A stretch of DNA of 64,000 nucleotides, taken from the NCBI RefSeq assembly GCF_006345805.1, contig NC_043014.1, forward strand, positions 45,198,001-45,262,000, read 5' to 3'. The DNA comes from Octopus sinensis (taxonomy: Eukaryota). The notes below the pieces were generated by a model that worked only from the letters and a program-made list of their open reading frames with translations, was not told where the DNA came from and did not search any database. Positions within the stretch are counted from its first letter, which is position 1; each line of letters begins with the position of its first letter. Below, in pieces: positions 36,850 through 48,162 of this stretch. The position numbers and the translations under genes were made by a program.

Positions 36850-37150
36850 AGGCATGGTTGTGTGGTTAAACATTTTGCTTGAGGATAATTAAGATGTTCC
36901 CTTCAAAATTATGGGGTTCATTTCCACTACATATCTTGGGCAAGTGACTTTTAACATAGCTTTGTGTCTACCTTGTGAGAGGAACTGGGTAATCAGAAAT
37001 TCTATGGAAGCCCATTAGATAGACTGCACCTGTAATTCATAGAACCAACTTTGTCTCATTGTGTGATGCTGATTCTGCATGGAGATTATATTAAGGGTAC
37101 GAAATGTCTGTGGAATACTTAGCCAATATAATTCAATGAGCAGGCAATTC
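36850..37150 (+). mobile_element. Decayed SINE (family A-like head, different 3' part)
   Basis: ggcatggttgtgtggttaa..ggttcatttccac..cttgggcaagtgactt..ccttgtgag. Confidence 0.55.
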
Positions 37151-38647
37151 TGTTAAACAAGGAACTGGAACACATATCACGAAAACCAACAGTGAATTAT
37201 TCATCATCATATAAGGGAAAGTTCTTTTCAATAATATGATCGTGATAGACATTCTGTGGAGAAACTAATCTTATTTTTATTCCTCAAAAAATCGTTAATG
37301 ATAGAGAACACAAAGTGTAGGCTGTCAACCATAAGCTTCAGACCTATAGATTCCATGCGATGTTTTACAATGCAAACTTGAAGAAATCAATTTCATTTAG
37401 TGAAACTAAACAAAACATGTTTTATCCAATGAACTAGAGACCAATGTACAATGAAATGATAGAATATTCCATGTATAACAGTCTCTGCTATGACTGAGTC
37501 AGATATCTGACCTTTCTTTTTTTTTCTGTTTTTTTCTCTTGAAGCTTTATTTATAAATCATAGAACACAATTCTCACAGATATTAAGTTTATGAATTTAA
37601 ACAGGTTTTGACAGGAACAAGTGTAAATCACTGGCCAAACTGATCAATTATATGCTTTAGATTGGTTTACATAATCTATGTGCAGGAAAACAAAAACCGG
37701 CATATATAAATATGCACAACCCAGCACATAAATATTACGAGATAATAGCATATGCACAAATTTGTACAAAACATTTTATTGGCCTTCAAAGGGTAATATT
37801 ATACACCTTTCTCCATCATGTAGCTGCTATTCATTTCAACACTGCTAGAGCTTTAATGCTCTCTGCCTCTACGTCAGCCTTTGTGTATGTGTGTATCTGA
37901 ATATTTGCGTATGCTTGTTTGCGTGGGTGTATACATGCATATCACTTTCTTTCTCTTTCTCGTAATAAAACGATGCACGAAGATAATAAGATACATAATT
38001 TTAAGCAAAATATTAAATAAATTTCATCATGAGAATTTTATATTTCAATATTTTAGCCTTGAAGTCTTTGAAATAATTGCAAATTACAATAAATTGCCGC
38101 TTAAAATAAAATCACGTAAGTTATGCAACGGCAGCAAACTAAACTAATAACTTAATGGGAAACTTATCTGACTACAAATCAGGTATTTTATTTCCCTGGA
38201 ATAGAATGAATGAGTTCCACAAAATGTTTAAGCATCTGCATGAATTGTTGAAGTATATATTTTATGGCTAGCTGTTTTCCTGTCAACTACGAAACAACCT
38301 CATGGGTGAAGCTGTACTTATCTGTCAAGACTAACTGGGGTAAATATTGCGCCTTGTCTAAAAGACAGGACATTATACTAGATGTGCTATAACTTCTGTT
38401 ACCAATCATCAATATACTTTAATACTCTTGAATTTGAATAACTACATGTCAATAATAAAATGACAATAGATGTACAGAATAATCTACATTATGAAATCAT
38501 AATATTAGAAGGTACACTTATGTTTTAGTATTGCTGAGAAAAGATCTCGTTCTTGTTTTATTTTTATTCATTACCTCATGTCATCTCTGATCAAATATTC
38601 ACCTGATGCTGGAAAAGCTCTTCTAAAATGTTTTGTTAATAGTGCAT

Positions 38648-39040
38648 TGCTTACCAACCACATGGTTCCGGGTTCAGTCCCACTGCATGGCACCTTGGGC
38701 AAGTGTCTTCTACTATAGCCTCAGGCTGACCAAAGCCTTGTGAATGGATTTGGTAAACAGAAACTAAAAGAAGCCTGTCGTATGTATGTATATGTACACA
38801 AACATACACAAACATGTATATGTTTGTGTGCCTGTGTTTGATCCTCTCCCCCCACCATCGTTTGGCAACCAATGTTGGAGTGTTTATGTTCCCGTAATTT
38901 AGCAGTTCAACAAAAGAGACTGATAGAATAAGTACTAGGTTTATAAAGAATAAGTCCTGGGATTGATTTGTTCGACTAAAAGTGGTGCTCCAGCATGGAC
39001 ACAGTCAAATGACTGAAACAAATAAAATAATAAAAGAATA
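38648..39040 (+). mobile_element. SINE family A, slightly 5'-truncated
   Basis: Aligns to the 9153 copy from gcttaccaaccacatgg to the tail. Confidence 0.88.
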
Positions 39041-39326
39041 TATATATGATATTTATCTTCATGCATTGCTCAGCCTATAGGCTCTGTTGTCTCCTAAACT
39101 TCAGCCAAGTCTTCTTGTACCTGCCTTACTAAGAGGGTCTCTGATAACTGTATAAAATTCTCTAAATAGTACTGATATTGATAAAGCCACTCTGCTTGTG
39201 GTCTGTTTTTCTTTTGAGTCTATGCTGATTGCATGTTCATGAACACGCAATCAGGTAGCCTGATGAAACAGCTTCTACATGGTCACTCAACCAGTTAGTT
39301 AGAAGTAGCAACCAAATCACTCTTAA

Positions 39327-39545
39327 CCCTTTAGTATTTAAACCGGCCATATCTGGCCAAAATATTTAATCTGTTTTATGTTCAAACTGACCAGATTCAG
39401 GCTCTCACACCTACCCTACAATGTTATTCTACATTAGGTAATTACACCATCAAGATCTTGAAGATATGAGATAATGCATGATTAATTCAAATCAATGGGA
39501 ATCAATAAGCATTATGTTTGATAGGATAATCTGAACACTAAAGGG
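39327..39545. mobile_element. piggyBac-like MITE (219 bp), TTAA TSD
   Basis: TTAA|ccctttagtatttaaaccggcc ... cactaaaggg|TTAA; homologous to 31267. Confidence 0.85.
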
Positions 39546-40329
39546 TTAAATCACAGTCTAACACTTATAAAAAGATGAAGGGACATAATAAATCAGTCCG
39601 AGATAATCTGCTAAACAAAATAGAATAGTCACAACTAGAATGTTTTTACCACAGGTCTGCTTAAGAGCTCACCTGGAGTTTAACCACAAAAATAACACAC
39701 ATGCATTTGCGCACGCATATGCACACACACACACAACTCTTTCTTCCCAACATCTATCATGCCACCAAATATCTAATAGTATGACAGCATCTTCCTACCT
39801 ATCTTCCATGATATGCAATGATAATGATAAATAGTATGAAGAGGGGCAATGATGTACATTAGTTGTTTGTAGTCACAAGGGAGGTGGTAGGGGCATATGG
39901 TGCTTTTTAAATTTCAGTTCGCAAAAATAAAATAGTTTGCAATTAACTCCTGACAACATGCAACCATCACCATCGTTTCCATTAACTAACAACCTCCCAA
40001 CATCATCATCACAACAAAGTATTACAGTTTTCAATGTATGTCTGAATATTTTGAAATATTATTTTCTGTTGTTTACAAATATGTATGTGTGTAGTATGTG
40101 TATCACAACTTTTGCCTCCTCTCCCTCCCTCCCCCACTCTCTCTCACCTGTCCTGCTATTTGCTGTTATCTCCATGATCACAACAACAGCAAACAACAGT
40201 TCTCACTTTTCACAAACAAAACCTGCAGAATTTTCGCTAGTTTTGCTTATACATAGTTACTAAATTACCAAATGTAAACATTTTTTGCTTCATCCCAGGA
40301 AGGCAACCAGTTCTGATGCTGTTCTTTCC

Positions 40330-40560
40330 ATTGCCCTCAAGCAGTGTATCCCTGAGCAATATCCTATCCCCACCAGACTGTTTGGTCTTTAGCTCTCTGT
40401 CTTAAATTATGGAAATATCTAGAAGTGTGACCCATTACCAAAACAGGTAAGCTATCCAACTCTGCCATCTCTCAATCTTTCGCATCTCAAAAGTAATGGA
40501 AACAGTTAAAACATCTGATTTCTTCCTAATCTGATCTAGTGGAGACTTGCTCTCCTGGAC
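40330..40560 (+). mobile_element. Highly decayed CR1-clade RT N-terminal fragment
   Basis: Faint resemblance to VxPIxKxG..NYRPIS..SKVME and GDLL motifs. Confidence 0.4.
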
Positions 40561-40924
40561 CACACACACAATCACATTGACACCAATACACCTATGATGT
40601 GTATGTGTGTGTGTGTGTGTCTCTCTCTCAACAAGGTTTCCTCAGCAAGGCCAAAAACTATTTTGCCCCTAATCAGTCACTGACCTTCTACAAAGTAAAA
40701 CTAATATTGCAGTATTTTCACAATTTATACTGAATCAAACTCTGTGTATAACTGACCATTTAACTTAGCAATATTGATTTGTAAATATATTACCAAGAAA
40801 ACCTCTCCTATTCTTTGTTGTAATTAACTCCTTACAACATACAGATGATATAGAGCTCACAGTGGTGGTGGAGAGAGCAAAGCCAGAGCTTTTTGAGTCG
40901 ATCCCAATAGTCGAGGTTTGTCAT

Positions 40925-41285
40925 GTCATCCTCCGCAGACCTCTGCCAAGCAACTCATTTTAAAATAGATATGCGAATAAACTTTGGAAACAGCAACATC
41001 ACCGTAGGTTAGGTGGAAATGATGAATGTGTTTTCAAGGGAGATAATCAAAGAACGTAACACTGTAATACTTCATGGAAAGTAAATATAACAAATGAAAA
41101 ATCCTTCAAGAATCCATAAAAATTCCCGGGTCACTACCAGAATTTCATCATTCGTTCCTCGTGTCATTACCAACATTTTCTGCAAGTTTCATCAAATACT
41201 GTTCACAACTTTTTGAGTTATTTTGCACACAGATGGACAGCCGGACAAACCAATGCCGATGAACACTTCCTTGGTGGAGGTAATT
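40925..41285. mobile_element. DINE-1/Helentron-associated (HINE)-like non-autonomous element
   Basis: Inverted repeats acctctgccaag (40939-40950) and cttggtggaggt (41270-41281), both explicable as CpG decay of ACCTCCGCCAAG; typical ...acaactttttgagttatttt gcacacaga.ggaca...ccttggtggaggtaa end. Confidence 0.5.
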
Positions 41286-42479
41286 ATTATTTGTTGCTCA
41301 ATTCAAAGGCTGTTGAGCAGAAATAGGTAAACTGTAATTTGAAGGAAGTTCTTTCTTGTGTATTTACTGCCATGTGAATAGTGCCCCAACTTATTTTTTT
41401 CTCTTGGTGACAAAAGAAAACAACAAAAAAACAAAACAAAATGCTATGAGGGGGAAGCTAGGATTTGAAATAGAAACCTTATGGCTTCTAATTAGATGCT
41501 CATCTAGTACATGTAGCTTTTAGTATTAAGGGAAGAAATAAAGTAAAGGAAATTTATGTGAGTAAAGTTAAAATAAAGTGGTTCTTTAGAATGTAAGATA
41601 AGCAAAATCAAAATATATGTTCATTCATTATAGACACAGCCACAAGAGAATGAATAACTTTGCTGTGATTTTCTTTCAATGTTGAAACGGAAGTAAAGGT
41701 CAGGCAGGGTTGGAACTAGATGTTCTATGATTAAAAGCATCAATGGACTCTTTTATAACTAAGAATAGCAAAGTTGTTGTTTCGATTTTTGTTATTACTA
41801 CTAGTGTCTTCTTTTCAAATGGCTCTTCTTCCCTTACAAATGCAAAGCAAAGGAAGAGTCAGATTAAATGAAAAAGACTTTTGTTCTTCATGTAGGATAT
41901 AATGAGAAAAATCTACGGAATGTTTGAAGAACAAAAATACTTTAGTATTTATCAACAGAAGCAATGAAGAAACCATGTAGATGGAATTTAATTAATTAAA
42001 CATCCAGCTAACGAAAACAGTTTAATTGAACCTAAATGTAACCAAAACAACCCTATTTTCTAAGTCACTATTCCTTTTACCTTTCTGACTTGGAATTTTT
42101 GTAGTTTATCTTTCTGTTTCACTTCCTTTTGCACTTTTTTTTATGGATATCTTCAAATTTCTTAGCTTTATTATATTTACTTTTGGAGCAAAATATTGTT
42201 CTTATTACCAAATCAATCAATTGGTCTGGGACTGGTACGTAACCAAAATTGGTGGGATGTAACAAAATATTTCAGTTTATTCATAGGATTTCAAATAGAT
42301 ACTTAAACCACTCAGCTATCGCTATTCCAATATTATGCTATCATTTGTTACTGATATATATGAGTGAGAATATATTAAGCAACACAGTCATCAATCAGCT
42401 AACAGTAACAGAATATTTAGTATCTTCATTGGCAAAAATGCACTTGAAAAAATATATTTATCTTTCATATTTCTACTAT

Positions 42480-42800
42480 AAAAATGAACTAGGGACAGAG
42501 GAGTGGCTGTTGAGAGCTGTACAAACCATGTACAGGGATGCTGTCAGTAAGGTGAGGGTTGGCAACGAGTATAGCAATGACTTTAGTGTACAAGTAGGAA
42601 TCCACCAAGGATCAGTCCTCATCCCCCTTTTGTTCATCATAGTCCTCCAAGCAATGACTGCTCTTGGGAGAAAACATTTCAGGAGTGAAAGCAAGGTCTG
42701 GAATCAAAGAACCTCAGAATTAATTTAGCAAAAGCCAAAGTCTTAATTTGTAGGAAAGCTGACAAATCACATATTGCATCAGGTAGATGGCCCTGTTCAT
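42480..42800 (+). mobile_element. RTE RT fragment with internal deletion
   Basis: EEWLLRAVQTMYRDAVSKVRVGNEYSNDFSVQVGIHQGSVLIPLLFIIVLQA, then a jump past the YADD region. Confidence 0.85.
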
Positions 42801-43074
42801 ACTTTTTCCATGTGTAAAAGGGGGTCAAAGAAAAATTGTTGAGACAGATTTTATAAAACTGGATGCCCTTCCTGTTGCCAACCCTCACTTGCTGTCAAAT
42901 AAAGTAATATTTTCCCATGGTCCAACATCACATGATGCCGAGACAAGAAGACACATGTAGACATATATATGTATATACAAACACACACGTACATTCACAC
43001 ATACATACATACATACATACATACATAATACATACATACATGTACATTTATATATATATATATAAAAGGGTAAA

Positions 43075-43368
43075 GACCCCCTTCGGTCATGAATGACCAT
43101 GGGATTGCACCTAGAAAGTTACCTTCCTAGATACAAATCCGGGCAAGGTTGTTTATGGAAGGCCAGCAGTCGCCCATGCATACCAGCCTCCCCTCTCCAC
43201 GCCACCAGTGTTATCCAAGGGAAAGACAAAGGTCGATACAGCTTGGCACCAGTGACGTCGCAACTCATTTCTACAGCTGAGTGAACTGGAGCAACGTGAA
43301 ATAAAGTGCCTTGCTCGAGAACACAACACGCAGCCCGGTCCGGGATTCGAGCTCACAACCTCACGATC

Positions 43369-43370
<2 letters not shown>
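43075..43370 (-). mobile_element. SINE family B (tRNA B-box head, distinct body), 5' end lost in (TA)n
   Basis: Minus strand reads gttgtgagctcgaatcccgg..ctcgagcaaggcactttatttcacgttgctccag..; CpG-rich, flanked by TA runs on both sides. Confidence 0.75.
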
Positions 43371-43403
<33 letters not shown>

Positions 43404-43454
43404 CACACACACACAAACACACACACACAATTACACACAAAACACACAAACACA

Positions 43455-43608
43455 TACAGAGCAGGCTTCTTTTACCAAATCAACTCACAAAGCTTTTGCC
43501 AACTCAGGGCTGTAGAGAAGAGCACTTACCCAATGCCAAACAGTGGGACTGAATCTGAAACCATGTGGTCGGAAAACAAAAACATTTTATCCACACAACC
43601 ATGCCTAT
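43455..43608 (-). mobile_element. Decayed 5' half of SINE family A
   Basis: caggcttctt..actcacaaagc..cagtgggactgaatc.gaaaccatgtgg..ccacacaacc. Confidence 0.7.
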
Positions 43609-44601
43609 AAATATGCACACACCACACACACACACACACACAAGCAGTTGCAATAGTAACAGCATCACTTAACCATAAGCGATGCTAGGATGCCCACCAC
43701 CAAAAATAAACACTGAAAGACAAACAATCGCTGCTTATATGTGTCATGGTACTACTGAAATGGGGCTGGCTGAGGCTACAGTACAACTAAATTACTGTTT
43801 ACAATAAATACAGCAGTAAGCAGAGAACAATCATAAAGCACACAGCAAATAGGAACAATAGCCAGCAATAAAATCATCACTCAATTTACAAACAGATACC
43901 ATCATATCTGTGCATCTGATGAGGTGATGGATGAATAAACATTAAATAGAAGAATAATGAAATGAGATTGTATTACCAGTAATATGTTATCGCTGTTTCT
44001 TTCTCTAATTTATTACCTATTGATATTTAGTATCTATAAATACTCTCCTAAACAGCTTTAAGGTTAGAAAATGCTGAATTAGATTTCTCTTCTGATTTCC
44101 TTACAAATGTTCCTAACATGGTTTGTTCTTCTGCAAGTTATATTTTGACTATTCCAGATTCAAAGATAAGATTTGCAAGTCAGTTCAAGTGAAGTGCTTA
44201 GTCCAGCACAAAATTACATCCCCTGAAATGTGACAGGCTATGTCTGATATAACGAAATATCATTATCACCATCATTATTATTATCATCCTCACTATTACT
44301 ACTACCCTCCTCCTCCTCCTGTTTGGGTATTTTATCTGTTAAATTCATCATTTCATTCCCTTCTGCCCACTCTGGCCACTGACCCACTATCAACACTTCT
44401 CTCCACTTTTTACCCATCCCTCCTAACATGTGTGTGTGACATTCCTAACAGCTTCTCATCACTATCCGCCTCTACCTCATTCCCCAACACTGCACTTCAT
44501 CACTCTGCCCACTGACTTATTATCTAAATGCCACTTACAACTATATCCCAGCCCCTCCCTCAATGATTTATTATTTTTTTTAAATATACTATCTATACCC
44601 T

Positions 44602-44642
44602 TCACACACAGGCACACAGACACACATGCACACTCACACACA

Positions 44643-44715
<73 letters not shown>
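44602..44715. repeat. (CA)n microsatellite
   Basis: Directly visible. Confidence 0.95.
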
Positions 44716-44717
<2 letters not shown>

Positions 44718-46349
44718 CAAATATACTACCTCAAAACATCAATTGAAAACATTTTTTTGTCTTCCAGCTGTAAGGGCAGTTTCAAAACATCAGATTACCC
44801 TCATCCCACCCCACAACATAGAAACTTTTCAAGCTCACTAACTTCACTAACTTCACTAACTTCACTATAATCTTTACCTACAAAGACCACCTCCAGTTTT
44901 TTGTTTTTTTTTCTAGGATAGGTTTTCTATATTTTATTTAACATAAATCAAAAAGATTATACAGGATGATAGCCCAGTTTATCCTGCCTCATGAGTTTAA
45001 AAGCATGCAAAGATACATATACAAATGTCTTACTGCTATTTTGAAAATAACATCATAAATGAAATTACCAAGTGATTTTTAAAATAAAGCAACTTTATTC
45101 ACTTAATTTAGTAAAGCACAGCATGAGATTCATATGATTTTCATAACTTATTTATAGTTTGTTGGATTAAGAAAGTAAACTAAAAAAAATTATAAACAAG
45201 CATAGAGTTGTACGCTCTAACTCTTCTAGATGACATGTAACCAAAACTCTAAATGCTATTTGACATTACAAGCATCAATTTAAGAAAGAAAACAAGTCGA
45301 CTTATGGGACTTCAGTTATGTATATATTGCTTGCTAACTGAAGACATTACACAACAAAGTACATGCAGGTCAATCAAGCAAAACAATGAATAACAAAGAT
45401 TTGTGAAAACTGGAAAGAAATGAAGCAAGCATGCTTTGCTAGGTGTGTAATGTTAGTGTGCATGAGTGACAAAGCACAAATGAGCTGAGAGAAAAACTGT
45501 ATATAAAGAGTAATCAGATGATGTCTATGAGAGAAAAGACTGTGCTAATATAGACATATTATGCATATGGAGGATGACGTTTGCTGTGACAATGGTGACA
45601 ACAACAAGCATAACAACTTCTACTCTGTAACCTAGATACCTCCAAAGTCCCAGAAAGGTTCTTTACAACCAGTAGTGAACTTTGGTTTCATGATGTAAAA
45701 AAGATGAGAAATAATTTTCTACCCGGATAAGATACTCTTAATACTTGATGTTCTGGTGCCTGTTATTGACAGGTAGATGAAGAGGTGCAATGCAGAATAA
45801 AATGCTCTGCCAGAAATAGTGAAAAATTCTCATAGGGTGAACATATGAATTGGTAGTCCAAACTGTCTCAATTTCTCTGCATGTAGCCTATGTCCAGGTC
45901 TGACAAATTACTCACAAAATACAATAAACAACTGTTTTAAAGCAATATAATCCCATTTGATTACATTTTAGAATGGATTCCTCACAGTAGTTATGTTATA
46001 CATGAAAAATTTTTGTGGTTGCTTTAACTGACAAGCATAACTATCCCTCAAAGACCTAATAGTTCAGAAGTAAAAACACTGAATTTAAAACTTCTCAGTT
46101 TTAGCTTCAAGAATACATAAGGGATTGCTCTAAAGAATGTGACTTTTTTTTTTGAAAGAAATATAAAGAACAAAACATTATTTATTGTGGATGTATCTTA
46201 GTATAAATTCCAAGTGTAAAAAGCATCATAAGAAGGAAACTATCTCTTTTTTTATCTCTTTCTAGCTAATTACTGTGTAAGAGCAGGTTCAGAGAAGGCT
46301 TGCATTGTTCAACAACTCAAAGTAATCTCAAAATTTTTAACAGAAATTT

Positions 46350-46351
<2 letters not shown>

Positions 46352-46395
<44 letters not shown>
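46352..46395. repeat. (TAG)n microsatellite
   Basis: Directly visible. Confidence 0.95.
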
Positions 46396-47071
46396 ATGAA
46401 TAGAGTCTGTCAGCTTAAAACAACTAAACTATTGAAAGTTTTGTTTGAAGTTGTTATATATTATAGTCGTACCCCAAACCCTTTGCACTACACACCCACT
46501 CCCCATCCCATTAAATATTGTATATCACAAGCTCCCAATTCTAAACATGACTAGACATCTTATTATGCATCATTTAATTGAGCCGAAATGTTTTATTTCG
46601 GAGATGAGGCATCGCTCTTAATACCATGTTGCTGAGAAAAGATTAAATAGCAACAAGGCAGCAGCACAAACTACTTGCTAATTTGAAATATAATGTGAAG
46701 GCTAGGAGCTAGACTGATGTGCTGTTGAATTAAAAACACACCCCGACGCCCACTTTTTTCGACTTATTTGTTTCCTAATCTATTTTCTTTTGATGCATTT
46801 TTTTTTGTTTGCTTTTGTGAAAAAAAATTTTTCGATTTTTCAGTTTTCTGTTTTCCCACTTTCTTAAAGGACAAGTAACCATTTATTATAAAATCAGTTT
46901 TGAATTAATGATGTGTATGTGTATGGAAGTAGGGGAGGGAAAAGGGAGAGACCGAACAGAAGCAAGCAGCAAGCAAAAAGGTAAGTTGAGAAAGTGAAAG
47001 GTATCACAACCAGGTAGAAAGCACATGGAGTGCTAGGCAGAGAAAGTTACAGGCAAAGGTATGGGTCACAT

Positions 47072-47480
47072 AGGTGCAGGTATGGCTATGTAGTTAAGAA
47101 GCTCATTTTGCAACCATGTGGTCTGAGGTTCAATCCCACAGCACAGCCCTCTGGGCAAGTGTCCTGTAGTAAAGCCCAGAGCCAACCAATCAAAGTCTTG
47201 TCAGTGAATTCAGTAGATGGAAACTGTGTTGAAGCCCACCATGTGTGTATATTGTATACCCCCATACCACCACCACTGCTTGACACCTGGTGTTGGTTTG
47301 TTTACGTCCTTGTAACTTAGCAGTTCAGCAATAGTGCCTGATAGAATAAGAACCAGACTTTTTTTTTTAAATCAGTGCCAGGGTTGATTTGTTTGATTAA
47401 TTTCCTTCGGGATACTGCCCCAGCATGGCCACAGCACAATAAGTGAGTCAAATAAAAGATAGAAGATAAGATAAAAGAAA
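47072..47480 (+). mobile_element. Decayed SINE, family A-related
   Basis: Head ggtgcaggtatggctatgtagttaagaagc..ggttcaatcccac; tail ctgccccagcatggccacag..aataaaagata. Confidence 0.7.
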
Positions 47481-47714
47481 CAGATAAAGGGAATAACACA
47501 AAAGTTGTTACTAAATATTACCAATATTGCTGAATATATTTATTAACAAAAAAGGCAGAACTTTACTAAGTTAGGTGACATAGGCAAAACAGTGATATAA
47601 AATCCAATGGGTGCACTTGGAGGCCATTTTAGTAGGCAAGTTAGCTGAGTTAGTAGTCACAATGGTATCATATACACTAATACACACTTAAGTATACATA
47701 CTCCATTACACATA

Positions 47715-47931
47715 TACCACTTCTCATGTGACCGCGTGTGTACCATTGGCGATTTTTTTTCCTCTGTCTTCCCTTCTCTGGATCTTTCCTTCTCCTATGT
47801 TTCTGATGAAGAGCTCCGCTCGAAACATTAAACCCTCCTTCTTTCCTTCTTTCCTGAGCATCCAATAATACTATATTTGTTCCACATCCTCGCGTTGTTG
47901 TGTTTTTTTGTGCTTTCATGTTTGGATTAAC
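47715..47931 (+). mobile_element. Penelope-like element terminal fragment with minimal hammerhead-like motif, abutting (TA)n
   Basis: gtttCTGATGAa-GAGC-tcc-GCTC-GAAAc(a)tt-aaac at 47799-47833; CpG-rich, pyrimidine-rich body typical of PLE terminal repeats. Confidence 0.6.
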
Positions 47932-48162
47932 TATATATATATATATATGTCACTACATATGCAAGGACAGACTCACACTACACATACTCTATCATACACA
48001 CAACTGCATATACCACAATACATGCACCACTACAACACTCACATCACCATAAGACAAGTGTATATGAGAGAGCATACAATCAATCGGGATTCAGTTTGCC
48101 TCCTAAAATGACCAGTGCTCTGTTCCAGCACATCCTTATCTAAATTGAGCATTACTATTTAG

